In this document: positions 1-14,000 of the stretch, one piece after another
How positions within the stretch are numbered: the first letter of the stretch is position 1
Layout of the letters: every line of letters starts with the position of its first letter
Origin: Perna viridis
Taxonomy: Eukaryota
DNA length: 64,000 nucleotides
NCBI GenBank assembly: GCA_037379345.1
Contig: CM074515.1
Span: 2,108,001 to 2,172,000 of the forward strand
Direction of reading: 5' to 3'
Notes under the pieces: generated by a model
Seen by the model: the letters and a program-made list of their open reading frames with translations, nothing else
The model's database searches: none
Told to the model about the DNA's origin: nothing
Position numbers and translations under genes: made by a program

Positions 1-79
1 CAAGAGTTCAAATAGTTCATCACAATTTCAAAAGCATTCAAAATTATAATCAAAATCAAATTTATGGAATTCATTGGTA

Positions 80-1320
80 AAACAAGAGGCTCCCATGAGC
101 CTGAATCACTCACCTGGTTAAATTTTTGCCTTTTAAGGGCAATAACTCTAACATGGAGTTGTCAGGCAATTTTGACTCCATTTGATTCATTGGACACATT
201 TGTAAGCCTTATAATAAGGATCATTTCAGCAACTGAAAGCTATTGGCTAAACGTAACAGATTTGGAGATGTATACAAAAATCTGCTGTCTGACCCCATTG
301 TTCTATTTTTAAAAAGGGCAGCCATGTTTTTTCAGCGACAAAAATTTGTCATTTCATTAAGGATACTCTAAAAAACAAAAAGAGGCTCCCAGGAGCCTGA
401 ATCACTCATGTGGTTGAATTTTGCCTTTCAAGGGCAATAAATTAGACAAGAAATTGTCCAACAATTTGGACTCAAGAAACCTTTGATAGGATTTATCATA
501 AGGATGGTTTCAGTAAATGAAAGTCTAAATCTATCATAGTTTTCAAGACATTGGCTGAATACTGTAGGAAAATAAAAAACAGTCATTTTCCCCTGTCAAC
601 GGCAATAACTCTTATAAGAAAGCATCTGACAAATTTTATGCCTGAAGACTTTTGTAGTCCTAAAAATAAGGATAATTTCAGCTATTGAAAGAATTTGGCT
701 AAATCTAACAGTTTTGAGATATATGCGAAAAACTACTGTCTGAACCCTATGTTCTATTTTTAGTAACAGTGGCCATGTTTTTCGACGGATCAAAAAAACC
801 CACTTGAATTCTATGCAGGATACCCCAAGAAACACTTATACCGAGTTTTGTTTTAATTGGTAAAATAGTGTAAGTGGAGAAGATTTTTGAAAGAAATAAC
901 ATTAAAAATAACAAAAAACTTTGAAAAAGGGCAATAACTCCAACATGGCTTAATAGATTAAAATGAAAATTTGACCACAGATAGATCTCATCATGCTGAC
1001 CACTTTAACCCCGTCAGAATTTGGATAAACCTAACGGTTTTGGAGATATATGAAAAAAACTACTGTCTGACCCCTACATTCTATTTTTAGTAATGGTGTC
1101 CATGTTTTTCAACAGACCATAAATCCCCAAATCAGTTCTATGCAGGATACCCATAGGAACATTCATACCAAGTTTGGTTCAAATTGGTCACATAGTTTCA
1201 GAGGAGAAGGTTTTGAAAAATTAACAACAATGATAACAGACGACAGACGATGACAACGACTACAACGGACACCAAGTGATGGCAATAGCTCACTTGGCCT
1301 TTGGCCAGGTGAGCTAAAAA
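80..1320. mobile_element. Helentron-associated (HINE/DINE-1-like) non-autonomous element with internal degenerate tandem units
   Basis: ACAAGAGGCTCCC..GAGCC start repeated near 80 and 375, GACGAC microsatellite, terminal hairpin AGCTCAC..GTGAGCTAAAAA; related pieces elsewhere in the window. Family name from general knowledge of bivalve repeats. Confidence 0.55.
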
Positions 1321-1427
1321 TAAGTGTACTAAGAAATACCTGGCAGAAAACAAAACATCATTTTACATGCACTCAACATTTATGGTCTTGATTTGAAGTT
1401 ATAACTTTAGATATATTACAATTTCAA

Positions 1428-1555
1428 TCAGATTTGTAACAATCTTTCTGATTGGTTTGTTGTTTTTGGGCAATTCAGATTATTTTGTATAATCTGGATT
1501 GGTACTGTGATGGCATGTTCTTCAACTGGTCTTTGGTACATTAAATAATCGCATA
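1428..1555 (-). CDS. Candidate terminal coding exon (ICDYLMYQRP...LLQI*)
   Basis: tttatttag acceptor at 1556, phase-compatible 42-codon frame to TGA; no clear polyA signal seen. Confidence 0.25.
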
Positions 1556-1821
1556 CTAAATAAAGCTTTGATTAAGAATTAACTCTGTACTTGGACTGGA
1601 ATCCATTATAAGGATTGTATTTAATTTCTGAGCAAGCTATGATTTCATAACCAACTCCGAGACAATTTACAATTGTTAACAAAAATGCTTTTTTGGTTCA
1701 TAAACATAACCTTTCCTCTAAGTTGGTTATATCACAGATATTGGTCAAAAAACAATCCTTATAAAGAAATGATATCTTACAAATATAACCACATGTTCCT
1801 GAGACAGAGTAAAATACTAAC

Positions 1822-2049
1822 TGATGTTCCTAGTACTAATGCACTGCCTGGTGTGGGGATCAAACACCTCTGATTTAGAGCAATGCTGAACAGATACAGT
1901 CCTGTTCTGTTGGCACAGTACATACATATCTGTCCATAACTTTCCAGTAAAGACCTGCTGCCCATCCTGTTTGCCTACACAGCTAGACAGGCGATCTTGG
2001 CAAGGTTCACAAGTAGGATCATTGTAACAAATGTTCTGTATATATTCAC
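1822..2049 (-). CDS. Array exon B21
   Basis: EYIQNIC..CQDRLSSC..CQQNRT; 228 nt; donor A|gttagt. Confidence 0.87.
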
Positions 2050-5000
2050 CTGTAAATAGATAACACCAAAGCATAAAATTAATGTAATTTACTGTTGAAA
2101 TAAAGATAATACATTTACATGTAGTTAATGTTAAAAATAATGGTTCTAACTATCAAAGGTTTTTATATCACTATGAAAACAACAATTATCATGTTCTGAT
2201 CCTCATATGATACTTTAAAGTGAAAATCCTGCAATGAAATAGTTATTATTTATTTGCAATCATATCAAACCCATACAAGCACAATAATAAAGAAATACAA
2301 AACTTCACAGTAAAACATGAAATTCAGGTGATTTTCTTAAGAAGTTCATTTCACAAGATTGTCATGAATGATAAGTTCATAAGAATTCCATATGAAGGCT
2401 TGAAAGAATTTTTTTCTGTTGAAAATTGTAGGAATTATTTTGTCAGGACAAAGTTTTATTCATTTAAACTGATCATACACAATTTGTTTTTAAGACAATG
2501 TTTCTTTTTACTTACATGGTGACTGATGTTCTGGTCTGTGTTTACAGCTGACAGATGTAAATTTCTCACACTGATTGGTTACAGTGGAGAACATGTCAGG
2601 ATATGGACATTCCATTACATTCCTCCCATATCTAGTCAGCCCAACAGAACAGTTATAGTATTGTACACAGTTATCTCCCTTGGCAAGGATAGCGGTTGGA
2701 TGTGCTTTACAATATTCTGGTATTGTGTCTATAAAGTAAATAAGTAAAAGATGAACTTAATTGTATTATGATGAAATGAATAATAAAAACTGAGACTAAT
2801 TTATAGTGTCTGAAAAAGCTTTTCAATAAATTAAATAGTGTTATACAATCAATCAGTGTGCCTTTATGCTACCTCAATTTCCAAATAATAATCATTGTGT
2901 TAATCAAATAACAATTGTTCATCATTTTACATTAAAACATAAAAGTCCTACTAGGTCCATGTTGTGTGGTACATATCCTTGTTGTAGGGTTGAAGTATCC
3001 AGTCTGACACTTGCTAACTTCTATTGTTCTGTTTCTATCACATCTGATAAAGTCCTCCATCCAGAGATGGCTGGGGAAAGCATGGAGTCCATCAGAGAGA
3101 CCTCGACAACTAGGTAGTCTCCCTGGGCAGGGAACACATGCTGGATCTGTTGGCATACACAAGTTCTTCACATATTCACCTATAAACATTTTTAAAAATA
3201 GTAACAATCAGTGAAAGACCAACACATTTCTACTATATAAACTAATATTTATACATATGAAGTAAAATTAGAACCATAAAAGATACTGTCAAGCCAGCTT
3301 GTGTTATATTACAAGATACTGTCAAGCCAGCTTGTGTTATATTACAAGATACTGTCAAGCCAGCTTGTGTTATATTACAAGATACTGTCAAGCCAGCTTG
3401 TTTTATATTACAAGGTACAAACAAGTTCCACTAATTCTATTTCTGGTTACTTTGGTACATGAGATGAACCACTGAGTATGAACCAAAAATGGAACACAAA
3501 TCTGTGGTTCATGTGGAACAAACCGTATAATGGAAAGCACCCCTGGTATTTTTGCAGCTTGTACTCATTTTTTGGTGGTGTTTTTGCAGTGGACAAAAAA
3601 TCACAATGTACCCATTTAAATCACTTTATACAGTTCAAAGTTCAAATTCATTAGATCCAAATTAAGTGTCCATGATAGACACAATTACAATACAGACATA
3701 TATGATTCATCAAAAAAAATAAAATAATAATTATATCAAAGAAGTATGTAATTTGATGTATATGAGTACAATGATATATCATTTTGGATTTGTTTAGGGT
3801 GCAAGTCAATATTCTGATCAGCTTAATCAGAAGCTCTGATACCATATTGATAGAATCCTCTTTGTGACCTGGTCTATGAACAGAAGTCGCCAAGGGTTGA
3901 TACTTTACGATGTATGTTTTTGTTTTTATAACATCATACGAAATATTAAACAGCCAAATTTAAATTTTAATTTTGAATCATCTTGACAGATTAGTATAAT
4001 ATCAAAAATATAAACACTGTAAACAAATCAATTAAAGTAACCTTTGAGTTGCATTATGGAGAATGTTTATGCATTGTTATCAAAAATACACACAATTAAC
4101 ACATTTTTGTTTCCCAAACCAAGACAACCACTATCCTCTTAAATACTCATTTTGTAGAACCATAAAAATGTCAAACATGTCAATTTTCATCAACTTTTTA
4201 GTACAACATGAAGTGCATAATTCTGGAATAAGCATGAAACTTACAAGGAGCCTTTGGTTCATATCTGCTATGACACTGAACAGTAGAGAATGCTTCACAC
4301 CTCTTGGAGGTCAGAGAGAACAGATCTGGGTATTTACACTCTGATACCTCTAATGATCTGTGTGATGACAGGTAACTACAATTAAAATAGTGTCCACAAT
4401 TGGCAGGGTCAGGTAAAATCTCATCCTGATGGGATTGGCAATAATCAGGAATGTCAACTGAAAATATAAAAACAAAAACATTTCCATTTCACAGCTTCCT
4501 ATTAGAAAATAAGTAAATACATATATAAAGTAGAGTTTTTTTGTTTTAGATACAAGTTAATGGATAAACCAACACTTCCCTGAAATTTTGTTAAGGATAA
4601 AATGAACATGATGTTGCACTATATTGCCATGCTGAATATGACACATTCTGCAGTGGAAGTTGGTGTCCCAGGCAGCAATTAAAATCCTTATCATACACAA
4701 AATAAATTTTAATGACAAAGACAATGTGCTATTTCTATATATGATTCCAATGTAACCAGTATACCCACCTCTGTCAACAGTTTTAACACACAGATGTTTC
4801 CTGGGGTGGAAGTATCCCTCAGAACATTTCTCAACTGACACTGTTCTATTCCTGTAACATCTGATGAATGAATCTGTCCACAGTTTCCCCGGAAAGTAGT
4901 TTACACCATCTGGTAACCCTACACAGCTTGGTAGGCGAGATGAACAGGGGATGCACTTTGTGTCACCAGGTTTACACAGGTTCTGCTCATATTCACCTAC

Positions 5001-8000
5001 AGGCATAAAAATAAACATGAAATGTGTGTATTCAAAAACCTATAAAGACCTTAGTTCATCATATAATAGAAACAATGTGGAAAGAAGCATCAAACAACTT
5101 AACTACTATGAAACAGATACGGGTCAATTCATTTTCTATGGTTCAGAAAACGGTGACCTGAAAAAAAGCTTCATAAGTAGCAATTTTTAATGTGTACAAA
5201 AATAGAAAGAGACAAGATTTCAACTGTATAAGAGATGAAAGAAAAAAAATTCACAAAAACCTACTTACATGTAGCCAGAGGTTCCTGTAAAGGAATTCAC
5301 AAAACTCTACTTACATGGAGCCAGAGGTTCCTGTAAAGGAATTCACAAAACTCTACTTACATGGAGCCAGGGGTTCTTGTAAAGGTATACAGTTAACAGT
5401 AGTGAAACTTTCACACTTCAGAGTCACTCTGGAGAACAAATCTGGGTATTTACATTCCTTGATGTAATCTCCATATGGTGAGGCTCTAGTGGAGCAGTCT
5501 ATATACTTGGCACAGTTAGTTGGGTGTCGTTTCTTTGATGTTGGGTTTGCTTGACAATAGCTATGCAGATTTCCTGTAGTAATCACCAAATTATATTTTT
5601 TTTACAACCATATCATTCTTAAAGGAGCATTCTAATACAAATGTCAATAATCAAATGCAAATGCAGTTTGAACATACCTTCCCCATATTACTTAAATATT
5701 AAAAGCATGACTTTTTAGAAGAAGCACTTATTTACAGGTTAATTTCTTTTTTTTTTTTCTCTTTTTTTGTGTAAAAACCTCCAATAGTATTTTGTGTAGT
5801 ACCCATAGCTGCTGAACAATAATGCTTATTGTCCTTATGTATATTTTTTTATTTAGCTTTAATGAAAAAAATATCATTTACTATAGCTGAACAACCATAG
5901 GTTTAACATGTACTATAGCTGAACAACCATAAGGTTAACATGTACAACAGCTGTACAACCATAGGCTTAACATGTACTATAGCTGTACAACCATAGACTT
6001 AACATGTAATACATCTGTACAACCATAGGTTTAACATTTACTACAGCTGAACAACCATAGGTTTAACATGTACTATAGCTGAACAACCATAAGGTTAACA
6101 TGTACAACAGCTGTACAACCATAGGCTTAACATGTACTATAGCTGTACAACCATAGACTTAACATGTAATACATCTGTACAACCATAGGTTTAACATTTA
6201 CTACAGCTGAACAACCATAGGTTTAACATGTACTATAGCTGAACAACCATAAGGTTAACATGTACAACAGCTGTACAACCATAGGCTTAACATGTACTAT
6301 AGCTGTACAACTATAGGTTTAACATGTAATACAGCTGTACAACAATAGGTTTAACATGTACTATAGAAGTACAACCATAAGTTTAACATGTACTACAGCT
6401 GTACAACCACAGGTTTAACATGTACTATAGAAGTACAACCATAGTTTCTTCTTCGTATTGCAATACCAAAAAAAAAGTAACATGAAGACCATAAGAGGTA
6501 CTGCAGCTATAATACACATTACATCACCCTCCTGCCTATAGACCTGATCAACCTTTGAAAGAAAATTTTACAGTTTTAGAGAAAAGTTTAAAAAAGCCCT
6601 TTCTGTACTATTTCTTGCCATCTATTTTTAGAAAGTACAATTTCAAAGAGTGAGTTTATTGTGTGATACACCCTGCTTGTACAATCCATAAGTTATCTCA
6701 CTCAAAGCATCTTATCAATACTTATTTTCATTTTGCACATTCCTGTGATACTGAACATTCATATCAAATGTCATCAAAATCAATTGACAGGTTATGGCGA
6801 AGTTTCACTATCCAGATAAGTAAACAGACAACCAGACATACATAGTAACTCCTATCTACACACAGAGGTATAATAAGATGTTCCTTATACAGAGAAGAGG
6901 CAACAAAGGGCCTTAATGTACCTGGTTCTATACCATTAAAAAACTGTATACTTCACAAGCAAACCCAAAAACTTGAGTACAGAAGTGGCTATAAAGATCA
7001 ATACATACCTTGTTCAATCCTGTTAACACACTGAAGCCTTGTTGGATCAAACACTGACCCAGACGGACAATGTCTGACAGCTATAGTTCTATTTGTTAGA
7101 CAGGTAATATATAGATCTGTCCACAGATGGACAGGGAAGGGACGATCGCCATCAGGGACACCAACACAGGATGGCAATCTAGACTGACAAGGTTGACAGG
7201 TAGGATCATTAGCAGGACAAAGGTTCTGATTGTATTCACCTGAAAAATTACATCATGACTCAAAATTTTTCATTTGGAATTTGCAATATGAGTGTAACAT
7301 GTGAAATCCATCAACAATAAAAGGATAGATTGACTTATTGACAATGTAGCTACAGGAGTATTCAAGTTCACAATTTATCTGTTTTCTAATTGGAAGTTTT
7401 GTGAAGTTTTTATCTATCACTTCATTGAAATACTGTAAGTGGACGATGTGATAGTGGCATCATCAGTGGTTTTTCATCATTTACTCCTTAAATTGTGATG
7501 CTAATAAAAATAACATACTTTTTTGTCTATTTAAAATAATTTCAACATGAACATAGCACACATATGAAAAGGAAAGAACATTGAGTATGCTAACATACCC
7601 AAAGTATGGTTATACTCTAAACTTAAATCTACAATGTGGTTCTGCTCAACCACAGTCTGTGAAATCAATCTCATCAAATCTCCTATGGTTACCAGCATTT
7701 CTTCCCATTAAATATGAAGCCACAATTGACATGACAATCATCATCAAGGAGTTTTAGCCCTCAGTATAAGAGTTAAAGCTAATCAGTACAGAGTAAACTA
7801 TTTAAACAATGACCTAAAAAATATATGATACACAATGGACTCTTGGTTTGGTAATACTTACAAGGAGCCTGTGGTTCTAGTCTGTTTCTACAACCAACCA
7901 TCTGAAACCTCTCACATCTCTGTGTAATGGTGGAGTATAGATCAGGGTAAGTACACTCCATCTGGTACTGGTGGGTGGGATCAGAACAGTTGTAATACCG

Positions 8001-11000
8001 ACCACAGTTGACTGGGTCAGGAATTACATCTATAGGGTTTGCTTGGCAATAGGGCGGTACATCAACTATAAATAGAGGTTTATCTTAATTTTTAATCAAA
8101 TTTTAGCAATAAATGCTTCCTATTGAGCTCAGTGTTAATATATGTGTTTACCAAGTTTCATAAAAGTATGGAGGTAGGAGTAATTCTGTAAAAGAATGCA
8201 AGCAGTCTGAAAGTAAAAAAATACTTTGCAAGAGAAAAAAAACTCTCATTGTTTTATGAAAAAAGAAAGGTTGCCAGTCCATGTATTGCCTCATTTATAA
8301 TTATTTCATTCTCACAGGAGATTTACTAACCTGATGGTACATCCACCATGCAGACGTGTCTCTGTGGATGGAAGTATCCTGTTCTCATTCTCACTAGAGA
8401 GGAGATTTACTAACCTGATGGTACATCCACCATGCAGACATGTCTCTGTGGATGGAAGTATGATGTTCTCATTCTCACTAGAGAGGAGATTTACTAACGT
8501 GATGGTACATCCACCATGCAGACGTGTCTGTGGATGGAAGTATCCTGTTCTCATTCTCACTAGAGAGGAGATTTACTAACCTGATGGTACATCCACCATG
8601 CAGACGTGTCTCTGTGGATGGAAGTATCCTGTTGTACATTTCCTGATATGTGTTGTTCTGTTCTTGTAACATGTGATGTAGTCAGCTTTCCATTGGTGGG
8701 TAGGGAAGGCATGATTACCATCAGGTAGACCAATGCAGCTTGGTAATCTGTCAGGGCAAGGTTTACAGGATGACCCATTGCAAGCATTCACATCATATTC
8801 ACCTTCAAGCAATTGAAAATCATTGTATTCTACCTTACAAATTATAGATTTATATACAGATAAAAGCACATTACATGTATTGCACTATTTTCCAAGTATG
8901 TCTATAAATATGGTTAAGATTTTTTTTTTTAAATGCAAGTCAGTGAGGAACCATATCTGTTATTTTTATTAGCTTCTCCCTTTTAAACCCAGTCATGGTT
9001 GAAATAAAAAAGACTCCTATATCATCAAAGAAATAAAACTCTAATGAAAACCTAATCATAACTTTTTATATAATATTTTCTCAATTTACAGGTAAAAACC
9101 ACAAAAATTAATCAACACTCAATCATTTTCTTTATTAAAAAAATCCGTGAAATTCTAACTTTTTTGACAGTATATAACTCACATGGAGCCTGTGGTTCTG
9201 GACGTTTTTCACACTTGACTCCTGTAAACACCTCACATCTCTTTGTAACAGTGGAGTACAGATCTGGGTAAGTACATTCTGTACTTCTGGCTACATTAGG
9301 CAGGTTGGACCTTGTAACACTGCCCATACTAGGCAGGTTGACCTGTGTACAGTTGTAATAATGAGCACAATTGTTTGGGTCAGGTAAGATATCTGATGGA
9401 TTGGTTTTACAGTACTCCTTCACATCAACTGAAAACAAAACACAAACAAACAATTAAAAAGATGAGCATAAAAAAAATGATTGTATACAGCCTATAAAAA
9501 ATATCAAAATTATACCATTCTACCAAGCAATATCAAAACTTCTATACACAAAAAACAAATGTGTTTTAGAGAGAATCATTTCAATCATACACAATATTGT
9601 AAGCTCTTTCCTGGTAGGATTCAGTTAGTCTTTACTTTTCTCAATTACATGTACAATTTTATATGTCTACTGTCTGACAAACTATAAACCAATTCATTTT
9701 TAGGGATAACTATTTTCATGATGTATGATGTCAATCCAATTTTACAGCTACGTCTAGCACTTTCTCAAAGATGTTTTCCATTACAAAACTTATTTGTGGC
9801 AATATATTTATAGTTTTTCATATGAATACATAAAATTAGCAAAAAAAAATGGCTGACTAAGTGGGTTTACAGTACTTGATTTAAGGCAAAAATTTACCAG
9901 GGGCTACTTCCTTTGTACAGATAAGCTTTACTGGATGGAAGTATCCGACACTGCACTGTTTCACACTTATCGTCCTGTTCTTATAACACTGTATGTAATC
10001 TGCCTTCCATAACTTGGTCACAATTGCCTGATTACCATCTTGCTGCCCAACACAAGATGGCAGCCTACCTGGACATGGCTGACATTTAGGATCAGATGTT
10101 TGACATTGGTTCTGGGTATATTCACCTGATTAAGTGAGAAAATAATATAGGTCACGGCATTTACGCCTCTGACATGTAATTCAGGATAGAAAACCAATGG
10201 ATACTGGTAGCTACTTTGTTTGATTAATGTATAAGTTAACAATTTTGTCATATTATGTGCAAAAAAAAATTCAATGAAATAATACTGATTAAAAGTGCAT
10301 TTAAACAATTCCTCACATTTTGATTTTGGTAAAAGATTGTTAAATGGAAAAGGGGAGAGATACATTATTGATATTTCTAGTCAGTGTTGATATTCCTTGT
10401 CAGTATTGACATTCCATGGCAGTATTGATATTCCTTGTCAGTATTGACATTCCTTGTCAGTATTGATATTCCTTGTCAGTATTACATTAAAGAAGTGAAT
10501 GGAGTATTAAATTCATTGTGATGTGCAATGAACATAATAACATACAACTAAATTTTTTTTTCTATCATTACAGGTTTAACTAAGGACTTCATCTACAAAA
10601 TATCTAATGTGCCCAAAAACAAAAAAATGTTACTTACATGGAGCTTGAGGTTCCTTTCTGGAGTCACATGACACAGTAGTAAACTTGTCACATAATCTTA
10701 ATGTGGGGTTATAAAGGTCAGGATATTTACATTCTTGATGTTGTGCATTAGAACAATTGTAATATTTGGCACAGTTATCTGGGTCAGGAATCAATGCTGT
10801 TCTGTGGACTTTACAGTACTCTTGTACATCAACTAGAAATAACAATAAAAAATGTTAGTGATATACATCAACTAGAAATAACAACAAAACCTAGATCCCT
10901 GCTTACTACATACAACACCTCTGTCTTGCTAGGGATACCCCTGCTTACAACATACAGCACCTTTGTGTTGCTAGTGATACCCCTGCTTACAACATACAGC

Positions 11001-14000
11001 ACCTTTGTGTTGCTAGTTATACCCCTGCTTACAACATACAACACCTTTGTGTTGCTAGGGATACCCCTGCTTACAACATACAGCACCTTTGTGTTGCTAG
11101 GGATACCTCTGCTTACAACATACAACACCTTTGTGTTGCTAGCAGGTGTATCTTTTAGTGATTATTTCCTTTTTTATAGAATCCAACAGTTTCATAAGAT
11201 ACTTAACCATTATATCAAGTTTGAAATAAAATACTTTGAAAGGAGGAATTGTGATTACAAGTTTTGGAATAATATTAAGTTAAAGTTATTGTATCCATCA
11301 ATAACTGTATTGCTTCATGCATTTTGTATGTGGGGTACTTATAAATATTTAAATCAATGATTTCTTTGGATCACATTTCCATATGACCATACTATGCAGT
11401 GCATGTATTTCCATGAACATGTTTTCTTTATCACTTTTAAACCTAAAGTTATTTTCTTCAATTTGATAGTAATTAAGCACTTTAACAACTAAGATCAAAC
11501 ATTTTCCTGACCATGGATTTGTGTATTAGGAACATTTTAAAAGGTAACAACTACATACAGAATAACAGATTGCAAATTTGAATGACTTTGTAAATAGAAT
11601 AAGTGTCATAAATTTATGAACATGACCCTACCTGGTTGAACTTTCTTCATACATGTATTCAGTCTGGGGTTAAAATACTCATCTCTAGCACACTGTGTTA
11701 CATTAACAGTCCTGTTCTTATAACAGACAATGTACTCTGTCATCCAAAGTTGTACAGGAACTGGGCGTTTCCCATCAGGAAGGCCTACACAGCTTGGTAG
11801 TCGGTCTGGACATTGAGTGCACGATATATCCCCAGGGGTACATAAGTTCTGCTGATATTCACCTACAACCACAAACAGACATCAAGTTTTAATATCACAT
11901 TTTCTTTCTTTAACACCATGTCATCACAAAAAGAGGATAGAAACTTGAAGTAAAGAAGACAACTACCACAATTCTGAAAAATATAACACTTTAAACCAGA
12001 ATAGTAGAGTCAAACCTTTTCCTAGCAACCACCTGTATACAGCAATAACCTATTAACAACCACCTGCATACAGCAATAGCCTGTCTTAGCAACCAACTGT
12101 ATACAACAGTAACTTCTTAGAAACCACCTGTATACAACAGTAACTTCTTAGAAACCACCTGTATACAACAATAACTTCTTAGAAGCCACCTGAATACGGC
12201 AATAACCTGTGTTAGCAACCACCTCTTCACCAAAACCTGTATACGGCAATAACCTATCTTAGAAACCACCTGTTTACACCACCTGTTTACAGCAATAACC
12301 TCTAAGCAGCCACCAGTATACAACAATAACCTCTTAACAACCACCTGTATACAGCAATAACTTCTTAATAACCAACTGTATACAACAACAACCTGTCTTA
12401 GTAACCACCTGTATACAGCAATAACTACTTAGAAACCACCTGTATACAGTAATAACCTCTTAGAAACCATCTGTATACACCAATAACCTCTAACCAACCA
12501 CCTGTATACAGCAATAACCTATTAACAACCACCTGCATACAGCAATAGCCTGTCTTAGCAACCAACTGTATACAACAGTAACTTCTTAGAAAACACCTGA
12601 ATACGGCAATAACCTGTGTTAGCAACCACCTCTTCGCCAAAACCTGTATACAGCAATAACCTATCTTAGCAACCACCTGTTTACAGTAATAATTTCTTAA
12701 AAACCAGCTTTATGCAGCAACAACTTCTTAGAAACCACCTGTATACAGCAATAACCTCTTAACAACCACTTGTATACAGCAATAACTTCTTAGAAACCAC
12801 CTGTATACAGTAATAACCTCTTAGAAACCACCTGTTTACAGCAATAACCTCTAAGCAGCCACCAGTATACAACAATAACCTCTTAACAACCACCTGTATA
12901 CAGCAATAACCTCTTAATAACCAACTGTATACAACAACAACCTGTCTTAGTAACCTCCTGTATACAGCAATAACTACTTAGAAACTACCTGTATACAGTA
13001 ATAACCTCTTAGAAACCATCTGTATACAGCAATAACCTCTAACCAACCACCTGTATACAGCAATGACCTCTTAACAACCACCTGTATACAGCAATAACCT
13101 CTTAGCAACCACCTGTATACAACAACAACCTGTCTTAGTAACCACCTGTATACAGCAATAACTACTTAGAAACCACCTATATACAGCAATAACCTATTAG
13201 AAACCTCTTTGCAATCACCTGCATACAGCAATGACCTCTTAGAAACCTGTAAACCTGTCTAAGCAACCACTGTATACAGCAATAACATGTATTAAAAACT
13301 ACAAACTTACATGGAGCTTTTGGTTCAGTCCTATTTGGACAACTGACACTTTCAAACACTGAGCACTGCATGGTATTGAGATCAAATAGGTCAGGATACC
13401 GACACTCCATGTGGTATGTAGAGATCTTCATTGGTGACATAGAACGTGTTCTGCCAGCTGACATAGAACAGTTATAGTATCTACCACAGTTGTCAGGATC
13501 TGGTAGAATGTCTCTAGGATTAGCTCCGCAGTAGTCAGGTACATCAACTGTAACATTCATAGACATAAACTCAAATAACAAATATTTTAAGTCGATTAGT
13601 AACTTTAGTATAAATGTAAGTGAATTAAAGACACAATCAAAGGCTCCAGGAAGCCTGAAATTTGTCCGATTTGTTAAGGTGTTTGTACTCTGAGTGAGTA
13701 CTCTATTGAGGTAGTTAGAGTGAGTATTCTATTGAGGTAGGTACAGCTCGTTGCCTTTTGTCTGATTTGTTAAGGTGTTTGTACTCTGAGTGAGTACTCT
13801 ACTGAGGTAGTTTGAGTGAGTATTCTATTGAGGTAGGTACAGCTCGTTGCCTTTTGTCTGATTTGTTAAGGTGTTTGTACTCTGAGTGAGAACTCTATTG
13901 AGGTAGGTTGAGTGAGTACTCTATTGAGGTAGGTTGAGTGAGTATTCTATTGAGGTAGGTACAGCTCGTTGCCTTTTGTCTGATTTGTTAAGGTGTTTGG

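Noticed and set aside
10794-12676. Repetitive ORFs (10794-11360, 10868-11128, 12117-12344, 12425-12676; also 3242-3424, 8312-8579)
   Set aside because: They are translations of stop-free minisatellite units.
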